A stretch of 64,000 nucleotides of DNA from the human T2T-CHM13v2.0 reference genome, Homo sapiens (GCF_009914755.1 NC_060926.1); one strand, 5' to 3'. Numbered from the stretch's first letter, positions 46,650 through 60,985 are shown. Translations and numbers: made by a program. Notes: generated by a model from the sequence alone, not told the origin.

Positions 46650-47900
46650 TTTAATTTTTCTCCTTTCTTTTCCTTTTCCTTTTTTCTTTTAAAAAAATTC
46701 TTTCTTTTTATCTCCTTTTTAAAAAGTATTCTTTTAAAATTGAATATAGTGTATGTGTAGTATACAAATCTTAAACATATAACTCAATGAAGTTTATACA
46801 TGTTTGTAACCATTTAACCACTACTCACATTGAGATATAGAATGTTTTCATCAACAAAAAATGACTCCTCCTGTTCCAACTCACCCACTACATTCCAGAG
46901 GTAATTCCTGTTCTCATTTTTTATTATCAGAGATTAGTGTTTTCTGTCATTGAGATACATGGTGAATTATATAAATATTCTCTTTGTGTTTCTGTTGTTT
47001 CATTCAACGTATCTGTGAGATTCAGCAATGTTGTTGTGTGTTATCAGTAGCTTGTTTATTTTTATTTTTATATAGAACTCTATTATGTAAATCTATTACA
47101 CGTCACCTAAACATTCTTTAGTTACTAGTTTTTAAAGTTGTTTCCACATTTTGGAATTATGAGAAGCTGCTATGAGCACTCTAACATATACTTTTGATTG
47201 ACATACACACTCTTAACTATATAATCTAGGAGTAAAATGTTGGGTCATAGTGTTGGCTTGTGTTTACTATAAATGGATATAAGGCCGGAAGTGGTGCCTC
47301 ATCCTGTAATCCTAGCAATTTGGAAGGCTGAGGCAGTCGAATCACTTGAGTCCAGAAGTTTGAAACCAGCCTGGGCAACATGGCAAAACTTCATCTCTAC
47401 AAAAAATACAAAAATTAGCTAGGCGTGGTGCCTAACACCTGTAGTCCCTATTATTCAGGAGACAGATGGGAGGATCGCCTAAGCCTGGGGAGCTGAAGAC
47501 TGCAGTGAGCAGTGATCATGATCGCAGCACTGCACTCCATCCTGAGTGACTAGTAAGACCCTGTCTGAAAAAAAAAAAAAAAAAAAAAAAGATGTAACAC
47601 TCTTTTCCAAAGTGATTTACCTCAGAAAATAGAAGAGTTCCACTTCCTGTACATTCTCTCCAGCACTTGGAGTCCACGTATTTCCAATATAGTCATTGAA
47701 TTAGTGGTGTATTATTACAATAATGTCATTTCTTGTTATTACTATTAAATTTATATACAATTAAATAGATATTTTGGGTATATAGTTCTATGAATCTAAG
47801 TTATATATAGATTTTGTAACCACCATTACAATCAGGATACAGAAGCATTACACCAGCAGAAAATGTTCCCTCATGCTGCCTTTTGAAGTCATACACTCCC
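46650..47900 (-). mobile_element. Old L1M (L1ME/L1MC-like) 3' fragments containing an AluJ
   Basis: T-rich end, caaatcttaa...caatgaagttt, gtaaccaccattacaatcaggatacag. Confidence 0.65.
47283..47590 (+). mobile_element. AluJ with a homopolymeric A tail
   Basis: cacttgagtccagaagtttg...ctgggcaacatgg, gggaggatcgcctaagcctggg. Confidence 0.9.
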
Positions 47901-50900
47901 TTAGGATAATGTTTGGCCTTCAGTTGCATCAATGTTACTGCAAAGGATGTGATTTCATTCTTTTTATGGCTGTGTAGTATTTCATATGTGCCACATTTTC
48001 CTTATTCAATCCACTGTTCATGGCCATTTAGGTTGATTCATGTCTTTGCTATTTTGAAGAGTGACAGGATGAACATGAGAATTTATGGGTCTTTTTGGTA
48101 AAAAAAAATTATTTTCCTTTAGGTATACATACACTAAATAATGGGGTGGCTGGGTAAATAGTTGTTCTATTTTTAATTCTTTAAAAAATTTCCAAACTGC
48201 TTTCCACAGTGACAGAGCTAATTTACACTACTACCAACAGTGTATAAGTGTTCCATTTTCTCTCCAGCCTTGCCAACATCTGTTGTTTTTAGGCTTTTTA
48301 GTAATAGCTATTCTGACGGATGTGAGATGGTGCCTCATTCTGGTTTTGATTTGCATTTCTCTGATGATTAGTGATGATGAGCATTTGTTCATATGTCTGT
48401 TGGCCACTTGTATGTCTTCTTTTGAGAAGTGTCTATTTAGGCCCTTTGCCCACTGTTTAACAGGGTTATTTGTTTTTGGCTTGTTAAGTTCCTTATAGAT
48501 TCTGGATATTAGACCTTTATCAGATACATAGTTTGTGAGTATTTCTTCCATTCTGTGTTTTTTTCTATTTACTCTCTTGATAGTTTCTTTTGCTGTGCAG
48601 AATCTCTTTAGTTTAATTAGGTTCCACTTTCTTTTTTTTTTTTTTTTTTGCAATTGCTTTTGAGAACTTAGTCATAAATTATTTGTCAAGGCAGATGTCC
48701 ATAGGAGTATTTCCTAGGTTTTATTCTAGGATTTTTATAGTTTGAGGTCTTACATTTAATTCTTTAATCCATCTTGATTTAATTTTGTTTATGATGATGG
48801 GTAGGGGTCTGCTTTCATTCTTCTGCATATGGTTAGCCAGTTATTCCAGCACCATTTATTAAATAGGAAATCCTTTCTACGTTGATTTTGTTGTCAACCT
48901 TTTTGAAGATCAGTTGGTGGTAGGTGTGTGGCTTTATTTCTGGGTTCTGTATCCTGTTACATTGATCTTTGTGTCTGTTTTTGTACTAGTACCAAGCTAT
49001 TTGGTTATTACAGCGTTGTAGTATAGTTTCAAGTAAAATAACTTGATGCCTTGGACTTTGTTCTTTTTACTTAGGATTGCTTTGGCTATTTGGGCCCTTT
49101 TTTGGCTTCAGATTAATTTTAGAATACTTTTTTTCTAATTCTGTCAACAATGATACTGGTAGTTTGGTAGAAATAATATTGAAAATGTAGATTGCTTTGG
49201 GCAGTATGAACATTTTAATGATATTGATTTTCACAGTCCATGAGGATGAATTTTTTTTCATTTGTGTCATCACTGATATCTTTCAGTCGTGTTTTGTAGT
49301 TCTACTTGCAGAGCTCTTTCATCTCCTTGGTTAGATACATTCCTAGGTGTTATATTTTACTGTTGTGGCTATTGTAAATGGGATTCTGTTCTTGATTTGG
49401 CTCTCAACTTGAATGTTACTGATATATAGGAAAGCTACTGATTTTTATATTTGGCTTTTGTCCTGAAACTTTACTGAAATTGTTTATCAGGTCTAAAAGC
49501 CTTTTGATGAGGTCATTGCAGGTTTTTAGGAACAGAATCATATCATCAATGAAGGGAGATAATTTGACTTATTCTTTTTCTACTTCAATGCCTTTCATTT
49601 ATTTCTGGGCTTCCAGTCCTATCTTGAATAGGAGCAGTGAGAGTAGGCATTCTTGTCTTTTTCCAGTTCTTAAGGGGAATGCTTCCAGCTTTTGCCCATT
49701 CAGTATGATGTTGGCCATGGGTCTGCCATAGATGGCTTTTATTATTTTGAAGTATGTTACTACAATGCCTAGTTCGTTGAGGGTTTTTATCTTGAAGGGA
49801 TACTGGATTTTACTGAGAGATTTTCCTATGTCTATTGAGATGATCATATGGTTTTTCCTTTTATTTCTATTTTTGTGGTGAATTACATCCATTGATTTGC
49901 ATATTTTGAGCCAACATTGTGTCCCAGGAAAAAGGTCTACTTGATTGTGGTCAATTAGCTTTTTTATACACTGCTGGATTCAGTTTGCTACTATGTTGTT
50001 GAGAATTTTTGAGTCTATGATTATCTGGAATATTTTTCTGTAGTTTTCTTTTGTCACTGTATCTTTGCCAGGTTTTGGTATCAGGGTGATGCTGGCTTTG
50101 TAGAATATGTTAGAGAAGAGTCTCTCTTTAATTTTTTGTAACAGTTTCAGTAGAATTGGTACCAGCTCTTCTTTGTACGTCTGGTAGAATTTGGCTGTGA
50201 ATTCATCTGGTATGGAGCTTTTTTTTGGTTAGTAGGGTTTTTTATTACTGACTCAATTTTGGAACTCATTGTTGGTCTGTTCAGAGTTTCAATTTCTTCC
50301 TGATTCAATCTTGGGAGATTGTGTAATTCCAGGAATTTATCTGTTTCCTCTAGATTTTCTAGTTCGTGTTTATAAAAGTGTTCATAATAGTGTCTGAGGA
50401 TATTCTGTATTTCCGTAGAATTAATTAGAATATCTTTGTCATTTCTGGTTGTATTTATTTGGATCATCTTTTTTTCTTTATTGATTTAGCTAGCAATTTG
50501 TTGCTCTTTGTTATCCTTTCAAATAACCAGCTTTGGGTTTCATTGATTCTTTGTATGGATTTGTGGGTCTTAATTTCACTCAGTTCTGCTCTGATTTTAT
50601 TTGTCATTTATTGTGCTAGCTTTGGAATTATTGTGTTCTTATTTTTCTAGTTCCTCTAGGTGCAATGTTAGATTCTTTATTTGAGATCTATCTTCTTGAT
50701 GTAGGTGTTTAGCACTATAAACTTTCCTCTTAACACTGCTTTTCTTGCATTCCAGGGATTTTGTTATGTTTTGCTCCTTTTTTTATTTATTTCAAAGAAT
50801 GTTGTTTTGATTTCTGAGTTAATTTAGTTGTTTTTCTAAAAGTCATTCAGGACCAAGTTGTTTACTTTTCATGTAATTGTGTGGTTTTGAGACATACTCT

Positions 50901-53130
50901 TGTTATTGATTTCTATTTTTATTTCACTTTGGTCTATGAATATGCTTGGTATGATTTTGATATTTTTTAATTTATTGAGACTTGCTTTATGGCCATGCAT
51001 TTGGTCAATCTTAGAGTGTGTTCTGTGTGCATGTGAGAACATATTTGCTGTGATTGTTGGATAGTTTATTCTGTAGATGTCTATTAGATCTAATTGGTCA
51101 AGTGACAACTTTGAGTCTAGAATTTTTGGTTAGGTTTCTGCTCTGATGATCTGTCTAACACCTTCAATAAGATTGTGAAGTCCCCCACAGCTATTGTGTG
51201 GCTTTCAAAGTCTTTTCATAGGTATAGAAATACTTATTTTATGAATCTGGTTGCTGCAATGTTGGGTGCATATATATGTAAGATTGTTAAGTCTTCTTAA
51301 TGATTTGAAACTTTTATCATGTAATGCCCTTCTTTGTCCATTTTTACTCTTGTTGGTTTAAAGTGTGTTTTATCTGATACAAGAATAACTATCCTTGCTC
51401 TTTATTGTTTTCCATTTGCCTGATAGATCTTACTCCATTCTGTACCTTGAGCTTATGTGTGTCATTACATGTGACATGAGTCATTGAGGACAGCAGAATT
51501 TGGGGTCTTGTTTTTTATCCAACTTGCCATTCTATGCCTGTTAAGTGGGGTGTTTAGACTGTTTACCTTCAAGGTTAATACTGATATATGAAGTTTTGAG
51601 TCTTTTGTGGGATTGTTAGCTAGTTGCTTTGTAGTCTTAAATGTGTAGTTGCTTTATATGGCCTGGGCCTATGTACTTATGTGTGTTTTTATAATAGAAG
51701 TTATTGCTCTTTGGTTTTCATGTTCAGAACTCCCTTAATCATATCTTGTAAGGTTAGTCTATTGTCAAAAAAAACTTAGCAATTGTGTGCCCAGAAAATA
51801 GTTTATTGCTGTTTCCCTTATGAAGCTTAGTTTAGTGGGATATGAAATTCTTGGTTAGAATTTATTTTCTTTTAGAGTGCTAAAAATAGGTCCCAAGCTA
51901 TTCTGACTTGTAAAATTTCTGCTGATAAGTTCACTGTTTGCCTGATATAAATCCATGTGTAAGTGATATGACCCTTATGTCCAGCTGACTTTAAGATATT
52001 TTCTTTTTCATCGACCTTAGAAAGTCTGATGACTATGTATTTTGGTAACAGTCATCTTGCATAGTATCACACAGCAGTTCTCTGAATTTCTTGAATTTCT
52101 GCATCAACTGCTCTAGAGAGATTAGGAAATATTTTGTGGATTATATCTTCACATATGTTTTTCAATTTGCTTACTCTTCTCTCAAAAATGTCAATGATTC
52201 ATAGATTTTTATATGATTCATAGAGTATTGATTTTTTTTCAATTTTTTTTTTTTGTCTAACTGGGTTGATTCAAAACACCAGTCTTTAAGCTCTGAAATT
52301 CTTTCCTCAGCTTGATCTAGTCTATTGCTGTTAAGACTTTCAATTGTATTTTGAAATTTCTATAGTGAATTTTTTAATCCTGTAAGTTCAGTTTGTTTTT
52401 TCTTTTAATATGACAGTGTCATCTTTCATGTCTTGGAGCATCTTTCTGTCTCCCTTGGATTGGATTTCTATTTTCTCTTGAATTTCATTGTTTCCTGCCA
52501 CCCAGATTCTGAATTGTATGTCTGTCATTTCAGACTTTTCAATCTGGTTAGAATCCATAGCTGTGAGATTAGTGCAATCATTTGAAGATAAAGAAGCACT
52601 CTGACTTTTTGAATTGCTGAAGTTCTTGCAGTGATTCTGTTTCATCGGAGGGCACTGGTGTTTCTTTTCTTTTCTGTAAATTGCTTTTGTTTAAATTGGC
52701 TTCTTGTTTTGTTTGTTTGTTTGTTTGTTTGTTTTCCCCTTGAGAATTTAACCATGGTGTATGGTGTGTATAGTAGATTGTCTGTTTCTGTGTGCTTTCA
52801 GAGGGCCAAGACTCCGTATGGGTTCCTTAGTTGTAGATAATTTCCTGCATTGGGTTTCATGGGCTTTGTGTGTTGAAGGAATTTATTTTTGTTTGGTGGT
52901 ATAATTCAGGCTGCAATCCAGTAGATGGTCTTTAAGAGTAGGGTTTGGCAGATAGACTGTTACTCAGGGCATGCCTCTTTTGTATTACAGAGCATATGCA
53001 GCAGTGCCCTGGGGAGGGGAGATGGGGGCAAGAGATGACTCCTTCACTAGTCGATTCCATGGACTGCTTCAGTTAATGGTGCCATGTCTGCATTTCCATA
53101 GCCCAAAGGAGGGCTTTGACAGGACCCCTT
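47900..53130 (-). mobile_element. Long L1PA15-16/L1PREC-like element (part of 5' UTR, ORF1, ORF2), 3' UTR missing
   Basis: Collinear minus-strand relic ORFs: 52388..52645 (ORF1), 50869..51108 (EN), 50147..50467, 49599..49892 (RT), 48231..48653 (C-terminus). Confidence 0.9.
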
Positions 53131-55074
53131 CCCCACCATTTTAGCAGTTCTAATAGATATGCAGTGAATTTCCATTGCAGTTTTATTTTTCATTTTTATC
53201 ATTGTTGATAATATTGAACATCTTTTTATGAGAGCAATTGCCAAATCGTTTTGTACTCCTGAGTTTTGAGAGTTCTTTAAATATTTTACATTCATATTGC
53301 CTCTTCATTGGAAAGACTTGTATTCAAACCATTTGGAGTAAAAGTCATTTCTAAATTAGGGTCCAAACTGATAGTAGATATTCTCTGTAATAACGATGTT
53401 ATTCTATTTACAGTTTGTTACTAAAAAAATCCCTAATTGCAGGATTTCTTCAGAAAGCCCTATGTTAAGCATCTTATACTACAGTTTTAAAACATATCAT
53501 ACATATCATGTTTTTTTTCAGCTGCACAATCAAATTGCTGCTCAAAAAAGCCTTTTATTTCTATCATTCTATTATTTCAATTATTAAAAATATATATAAT
53601 CAATTTCTTAGTGTCTGCCTTACTACTAGATAATGAATTCATTGAGGAAAGTATATATGTCTTACTAAAATTGGGTTTCATTGAATGTCAATGTTATTTG
53701 TTCTGCACGTAAACTTTGTTTCCTTCTGAAAAAATAACATGTAAGTCATTAAGTTATCTAAAAACACAAAAAGTAATTAGTTGAAATTCTAAATTACCAG
53801 ATGAAATAATGTTTTTATTGCTACATAATCAATGTAGCAATATCATTTGTGAAAAATTCACTGAAAAGTTTTTGAGCTGCAATTTAAAGCACAATTAATT
53901 AGCAGTCAAGACAATATGATAAAACTTAGCCAATGAAGGTAATCATTATGAGACTTTGGTTATGGCTTTTTTAAACTTAGGCCTTAGATTTCTCAAATAT
54001 GAAATAAATGTTTTTCTTCATGATATTGAGATTATTTCCAGCTATGTCTTTCTAGCCTTCAAAATAGCCCAATGATCTCTAATTTTTTCAAAAAAAAGGA
54101 AAGAAAACACTCATTTTCAGCCTGAAATTTCTTTGATTGATGGACTTTGAAAAATAGATGTTAACCAGTGTGTTAGAACATAATGCTTCAGGATGGTTTC
54201 TTAAACATACAAAGTAAAGCCCTACAGAATTCTATTTCTTAAAAGAAAAATGTATTTTATCATCAAGATGTGTTCATTCAAAATTTCTTGTCTTTATCAT
54301 GAAATTTGCACTGAGAGAAAAATAATTTGTTTTCTTAAACTGACACAAAAATATCTACCATTTCTTTCAAAACTGGGTAAAATGATACATGTTGAACAGT
54401 TTGCTTACAGAATCCAGAACTTACACTTGACACAGAAAGTTGGTTTCATTCTTGAGTCAGTATGATCATTATTGCATTAGTAGCTGAGTTGCGATTGCAA
54501 CTTTCATGATGGTGCTTTTGTTCCCATCAACCCCCTTTGGCTGTCATGCTACTCCCTGGACATACACAAGCACTGTGTCTCAAACAACATACAATAATAG
54601 GACATTTGAATTTGAATGAAGTATTTATGACTCTACTCTTACACCACTCCATTCCACTGTGAGAAATAAATTTAAAATACATAAATCTACTATTCTGTTT
54701 AAATCATTTCCCCACTCCTATTCTTGGTAATAAAGTCCCAAGTAATATAGCCTAGAAGATTCATCCTGATTCATTTATTGTAACATTATCATTATAATCC
54801 CTGACACTCTCCTCAATGGTATTTATGTTTTATTGACTATTTTTAATAAAAACTTCTATTTCAAAACTTTTGTCTCAAAATTATTTATTGAATGTTAAAC
54901 TAAAAGCCTTCTATAATTGCTTATTTTGTTTTTCACAAGTCTCTCACATTTAAAATTTTGAATTTCAACCACTTTTTCATTTGGAAAGTGATGGGCAGGT
55001 TACAATAAAAATTTAAAATACATGTATTCTAATTCCAACAAAATGCCAGAAAGATAGCATCAATGCCAATGGAG

Positions 55075-55730
55075 AAAAAATAGAGAAGATCCAAATAAAC
55101 ATAAGTAGAAATGACAAAGGGGATGTTACCACTGATCCCATAGAAAGACAAATACTCCCTAGAGACTACTATGAACATCTCTATGCACGCAAACTAGAAA
55201 ATCTAGAAGAAATTAATAAATTCCTGGACTCCTATAACCTTCCAAGACTGAACCAGGAAGAAATTGAATCCCAGAACAGACTAATAATGAGTTCCAAAAC
55301 TGAATCATCATATAAAGACTATCAACCAAAAAAAGCTCAGGACCAGATGGATTCAGAGCTGAATTCTACCAGATGTAAAAAAAAGAGATAGTACCATTCC
55401 TGCCAAAACTATTTTAAATATTGAGGAGGACAGGCTCCTCTGTAACTTATTCTATGAGGCCAGCATCATCCTGATACCAAAACCTGGCAGAGATGCAACA
55501 AAAATAGAAAACTTCAGACCAATATCCTTGATGAACATTGATGCAAAAATTCTCAACAACAATCTAGCAAACTGAATTCAGCAGCACATCAAAAAGCTAT
55601 TTGACCATAATCAAGTAGGCTTTATCTCTGGGATGCAAGGTTGGTTCAAGCTATGCAAATTAATTAATGTGATTCATCACATAAACAAAACTAAAAACAA
55701 AAATGTCATGATTTTCTCGATAGATGCAGC
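55075..55730 (+). mobile_element. Isolated internal L1 ORF2 fragment (linker/Z region to RT start)
   Basis: agaaatgacaaaggggatgttaccactgatccc...cagaccaatatccttgatgaacattgatgc...atagatgcag. Confidence 0.9.
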
Positions 55731-55849
55731 ATAATAAAATAAAACCTGCCCAAAATTTTGCATCAGAGAAAAATGAAATCAAGATCCAGATAATAAGAAA
55801 AGTAATACAAAAATAATTCTAATATTAAGAGTAATTGAAATAAAAACGT

Positions 55850-56230
55850 TTATTTAGTGCCTACCATGTGGCACTTGCTTTAAATAATGACTCCATTAAT
55901 TGTTTAATATGACATTTTAAATGAGACAGTATTAACCTCAGTAGAAGGGAAAAGTACTGAAGATGAGAAAACTCAGGTGATTTGCTCAAATATAGTCCAT
56001 GGAAAAATCAGGAGTTAAGCCTATTTTTGCTTCCACAAATATTCTTGTTCTCCCATGACAATACTTTGCCTCTCTCTTTGCCAAGTAAAATTACGTTATG
56101 CAGGTCAATGAATTTAATATCTTTGGAAATCATTTTTTCTTCTAAAATATGGGAATAATATTACTTACATTAAATATTTTTTGAGTACAAACTGTGAAAA
56201 CATACTTATGTTTTCAACTGTATGTTATTA
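55850..56230. mobile_element. Two MIR-like fragments in opposite orientation
   Basis: tttatttagtgcctaccatgtg...actgaagatgagaaa...gatttgctcaa and tttttcttctaaaatatgggaataata. Confidence 0.5.
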
Positions 56231-56235
56231 AATAT

Positions 56236-56390
56236 TCATTCATTCAATAACATTTATTGAGAAGCAGACTTCGTGGCAGACACCCCTCTAAGTGTTCTAA
56301 GAACTATAGTAGTAAATAAAAGAGACACAAACCCCTGCTTTCAAAGCATTTTTATTCCAGTGGGGTGAAACAAACAATAAGAAAAATAAA
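56236..56390 (-). mobile_element. L2 3' end
   Basis: ttcattcattcaataacatttattgag...cccctgctttcaaagc. Confidence 0.7.
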
Positions 56391-57710
56391 GAATCAAGTA
56401 CGAGATTTGTCTTTTGCTTTGAATTGCAACATAGACTTAAAATGACTGAGAGTTCTATATGTGATTAGGATGTAGAAAGATGCAAAAGAATGTTGCTTTC
56501 ATGCTAAGAATGAGAAAAGCCAGATAATCTACAAAATCAAAAATTTCTTTGACCCTATTCAAGAGCTGAGGTCACAAGACAAAGGGGGCTGAATTTCAAA
56601 GAGTAACACGTGCCTCCATGGAGAGCAGACATATGAACTGTTTCACCTTTATCAAGCATGGGAGGAAGAAGCAGCCCCCATAGAAGAGGGTAACAATAAA
56701 TCAGCTGAATTTATTACAAATTTCTAAAGGCCAAGTGTGGAATAGCACACCAATTTAACATAATGACAAGTCCAGAAATCAGAGCACACACTTCCTCAGA
56801 AGTTTCCCTTTGGGTACTCACAAGAAAGCATAGGGGTTAGACCAAGGCCCAAAGGAGCTGTTCTCAATGGCACAGTTTTATGAGACGTGTCAGCTGCTGA
56901 TGCAAGAGATACCCAAACACCACCCACTTCCTAAAACTCTTCTCTCACACATTAAAAAGACTTTCAACCACAAAAGAAAGGGCATCGAAACTTTTGATAT
57001 CTAAGGTCACTTGTGGAGAAGTAAAAGCAGAAATTCTGCCTTCCCAAGGTTAGAAAAATCTCTCTTTATCTCAAGGAACCAAGTGAAGAACAGGGTTATT
57101 GTTGTTGTTAGTGATCATTATATTTTTTGGAAGAAGGGTAAAAGTGAAAGCCACCTGTAACTGGGAGATGAGTGGGAAAATTTCTCATGCTCAAGATCTC
57201 CCACAGACATGAGATTGTATTGGCCATAATGAGAAAATGGATGAAGGAGTTGAAAAGGCTCAATCTTGAACCCAGCAAGCTCAGGTCTTACCTCAAACAG
57301 AGGGTATACCAAGAAGATTGAGAAATCTTTCTTGCCTGCACCATAAGCCTAGCACTGAATAACAAGCAGCAAAAGTCTACCACTTTAGAAGTGTGAAATG
57401 TGTGGGAAAATGAATTGCAATAGCAAAAACAAAAAACCCAGACCCAACTCAACGGGTGACTAGAATGACCCAATACTATACATACACTAATGACTGGATG
57501 ACAAAGAAAAGTGCCCATTTGCAGTTGGATATGTCTCTGTATCTACTGTTCTTTTTTATACAAAACCTTTTACCTAACTAAAAATGACAATGTATGTAAA
57601 CAAGCACAAAAATGATGTATTTTCAAGACATAAACTCAAAGATGACACAGTTGGAATTACTCTACAAAGACTTTGAAATAACTATGATTCCTAGGTTAAA
57701 GTTTGTAGTG

Positions 57711-58184
57711 TGTTATGGGTTGAAATGTGTCCTCCCAAAGTATACATTGGAGTTCTGACCCCAGGTACTTGTGACTACATCCTTATTCAGAAATAGGGTT
57801 TTTCAAACATATTTAGTTAAGGTAAAATGATATCATACTGGATTAGGGTTGGCACTAAATCCAATATGGCTGGCATTCTTAAAAGAAAACCAGAAGACAG
57901 AAACACGCAGATACAGATGGACAATGGAGAAGGTTATGTGAAAATGGAGGCAGAAATTGGAGGGATGCATCTCTATGCCAGAAGATACCTAGGATTATTG
58001 GCAACTACCAGAAGTTAGAAGACACAAGAAAGGATTTTCCCTAGAGCCTTTGGAGGAAGTGTGTCCTTGCTGGCACCTTGATCTCAGACTTCCAGTCTCC
58101 CGAACGGTAAGAGACTAAATTTCTATTGTTTTAAGCTACCTAGTTTGTGTTGATTTGTTACAGCAACCTTAGGAAACGAACACA
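57711..58184 (+). mobile_element. MLT1C-like solo LTR
   Basis: tgttatgggttgaa.tgtgtcc...tggaggcagaaattggag...ttgttacagcaaccttaggaaacgaacaca. Confidence 0.87.
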
Positions 58185-58462
58185 TACTATCAATGGTGGA
58201 AAACATGGAAGGCTAGAAGGAAGACTGGGGAATTTCAGCAGAGACATGAAAAAATACGTTTAAAAAGTCATTTAGAACTCCTGGAAAAAATACAATATCT
58301 TATATAAAACATTTCTTCAATGGGTTTATCAGCAAAATGGACATGACTGAGGGAAGAATCAATCAACCAGAGGGGGATTTTAGAAATTATTTAAATTAAG
58401 TCACACAAAAAAGAATAAAAATCCAGAACAAAGATTTAAGAGATATAGGCCAATATCAAAAC

Positions 58463-58472
58463 ATCTATCTAC

Positions 58473-58510
<38 letters not shown>
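58463..58510. repeat. (ATCT)n tetranucleotide STR, 12 units, one being ACCT
   Basis: atctatct acct (atct)9. Confidence 0.95.
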
Positions 58511-58511
<1 letters not shown>

Positions 58512-58923
58512 AGTCTATATGTGATTGGTATCTCAGAAAGTGAAAAGAAACTAGTAAAAAAATTTCAAAATTTAATAGTTAAATTTTTTTTGAGAATAAA
58601 GAAAACTTAGACAACCAAACATAGATTCAAAAAGCTAGAAAAATATTTTTAATTAGAACAGATAGGAACTATAGTCTAATTTCACAAAAGCAAATATTAA
58701 GAACACTTTGAAGGCAAATCAAAGGGAAGATGGAAACATTATACACAGAAGAGTAAAAATAAGACTTACAGTGGGGCACCTTTAAAATACTAAAAGGACT
58801 TACAGATGTAGAATTCTGTACGTAGTGAAAAATATCTTTGAAAAATGAAAGTGAAATATTTTCTCAAAAGCTGAGAAAATTTGTTGCTAATAGTCCTAAT
58901 TATGGCAAATGTTAAAGAATGTC

Positions 58924-60985
58924 TTTTTCTTTTAACTTTTATTTTAGATTCAGGAAATATACGTGCAGATTTGTTACAAAGGTATATGGTGTGATGCTGA
59001 GCTTTGGAGTACAGTTGATCTTGTCCTGGTAGTAAGCATAGTACCCAATAGGTAGTTTTTCAACCCATTCCTCCACTTCTTGTAGTCCCTAGAGTTTATT
59101 GTCCCCATCTGTATGTCCATGTGTACCCAGTGTTCAGCTTCCAGTGATAAGTGAGTATATGTTATACTTGGTATTCTGTTTCTTTGTTAATTTACTTAGG
59201 ATAATGGCCTACATCTGCAACCACGTTGCCACAAAAGACAGGATTTCATTCTTTCTTATTGCTCCACAGTATTCCATGATGTCTATGTACCACTTTTTTT
59301 ACTCCAATTGACTGTTGCCTAGGTTGATTCCATTTCTTTGCTATTGTGAATAGTGCTGTCATGAACATGTAAGTGTGTGTGTATTTTTGGTAAAATTATT
59401 TATTTTCCTATGGGTATATAGCCAATGGGATTCTGCATTGAGTGGTAGTTCTGTTTTAAGTTCTTTGATAAATCTTCAAACTGCTTTCCACAGTGACTGA
59501 ACAGATTTATTAATATTTTAGCATCAACAATGTATAAGCTTTCACCTTTCTCCATAGCCTTAGTAGCATCTGTTGTTTGTGACTTTTTGATAATAGCCAC
59601 TCTGACTGGTGTGAGATGATAACTCATTGTGGTTTTTGTTTGCATTTCTCTGATGATTAGTGATGATGAGTAATTTTTCATATATTTGTTGGCCACGTGA
59701 CTGTCTTCTTTTAAGAAGTGTCTGTTCACATCCCTTGCCCACTTTGCAATGGCGTTATTTGTTTTTTTCTTGTTGAGTTGTTTATGTTTCTTCTAAATTC
59801 TGGGTATTAGACCTTTGTCAGATGCATAGTTCACAAATGTTTTTTCCCACTTCATAGGTTTCCTGCTTAGTCTGTTGATAGCTTCTTTTGCTGTGCAGAA
59901 GCTCTTTAGTTTAATTAGGTTCTCCTTGTCAATTTTTTTTCATTGCAAATTGCTTTTGAGGTCTTAGTAATAAATTCTTTGCCAAGATCAGTGTCCAGAA
60001 GGGTATTTCCCAGACTTTTATAGAATTTTTATTGTTTGAGATCTTTCATTTAAGTCTTTAATTCATCTTGAGTTAATTTTTGTGTATGGTGATGAATAGG
60101 GGTCTAGTTTCATCCTTCTGCATAGGGTTAGTTAGTTATTCCAGCATCATTTATTGAATAGAGTGTCCTTTTCCCATTGTTTACTTTTGTTGACCTTGAC
60201 TTTTTTGACTTTGATTTTTGTATATTGTGAAAGGTAGGAGTCCAGTTTCAATCTTCTGCATATGACTACACAATTATCCCAGCATCATTCATTTGTTGAA
60301 TAGGGAGCCATTTCCCAGTTGCTTGTTTTTGTCAACTTTGTTGAAGATGAGATGGTTGTACGTGTGTGGCTTTATTTCTAGGTTCTCTGTTCTGTTCCAT
60401 TGGCCTACATGTCTGTTTTTGTATCAGTACCAAGCTGTTTGGTTACTGTCGCCTTGTAGTATAGTTTGAAGTTAGGTAGTGGGATGCCTCTAGCTTTGTA
60501 CATTTTGCCTAGGATTGATTTAGCTATTCAGGCTCCTTTCTGGTTTCACATAAATTTAAAATAATTGTTCTAATTCTGTGAAAATGACATTGGTGGTTTG
60601 TTAGGAATAGCATTGAATCTGTTGATTGCTTTGGGCAGTATGGTTATTTTAATGATATTGATTCTTGTTCATAAGCATGAAATATTTTCCCATTTATTTG
60701 TGTCATCTCTGATTTCTCTCAACTGTGTTTTGCTTCTCTTCCTGTGGAGATCTGTCACCTCCTTGGTTAGATGTATTCCGTGTGTGTGTGCGTGTGTGTG
60801 TATGTCTCTTGTAAATGGGATTGCAGTCTTGATTTGGCTCTCAGTTTGAACATTATTGGTTTATAGGAATGCTACTGATATTTGTACATTCAATTTAAAA
60901 TTTCACTGACATCATTTATCAGTTGGATCCTTTTGGCGAGTCTTTAGGGTTTTCTAGGTAAATAATCATATGATCAGCGAAGTGA
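58924..60985 (-). mobile_element. 5'-truncated L1PA15-16-like element with an internal tandem overlap
   Basis: 3' end ttaacttttattttagattcagg, and ORF 59400..59729 is ORF2 C-terminal. Confidence 0.9.
60779..60804. repeat. Imperfect (TG)n
   Basis: cgtgtgtgtgtgcgtgtgtgtgtatg. Confidence 0.8.

Noticed and set aside
53300-55030. AT-rich unique stretch with short ORFs (53396..53587, 54250..54465)
   Set aside because: No recognisable domain or exon structure, and ORF sizes are at background level.
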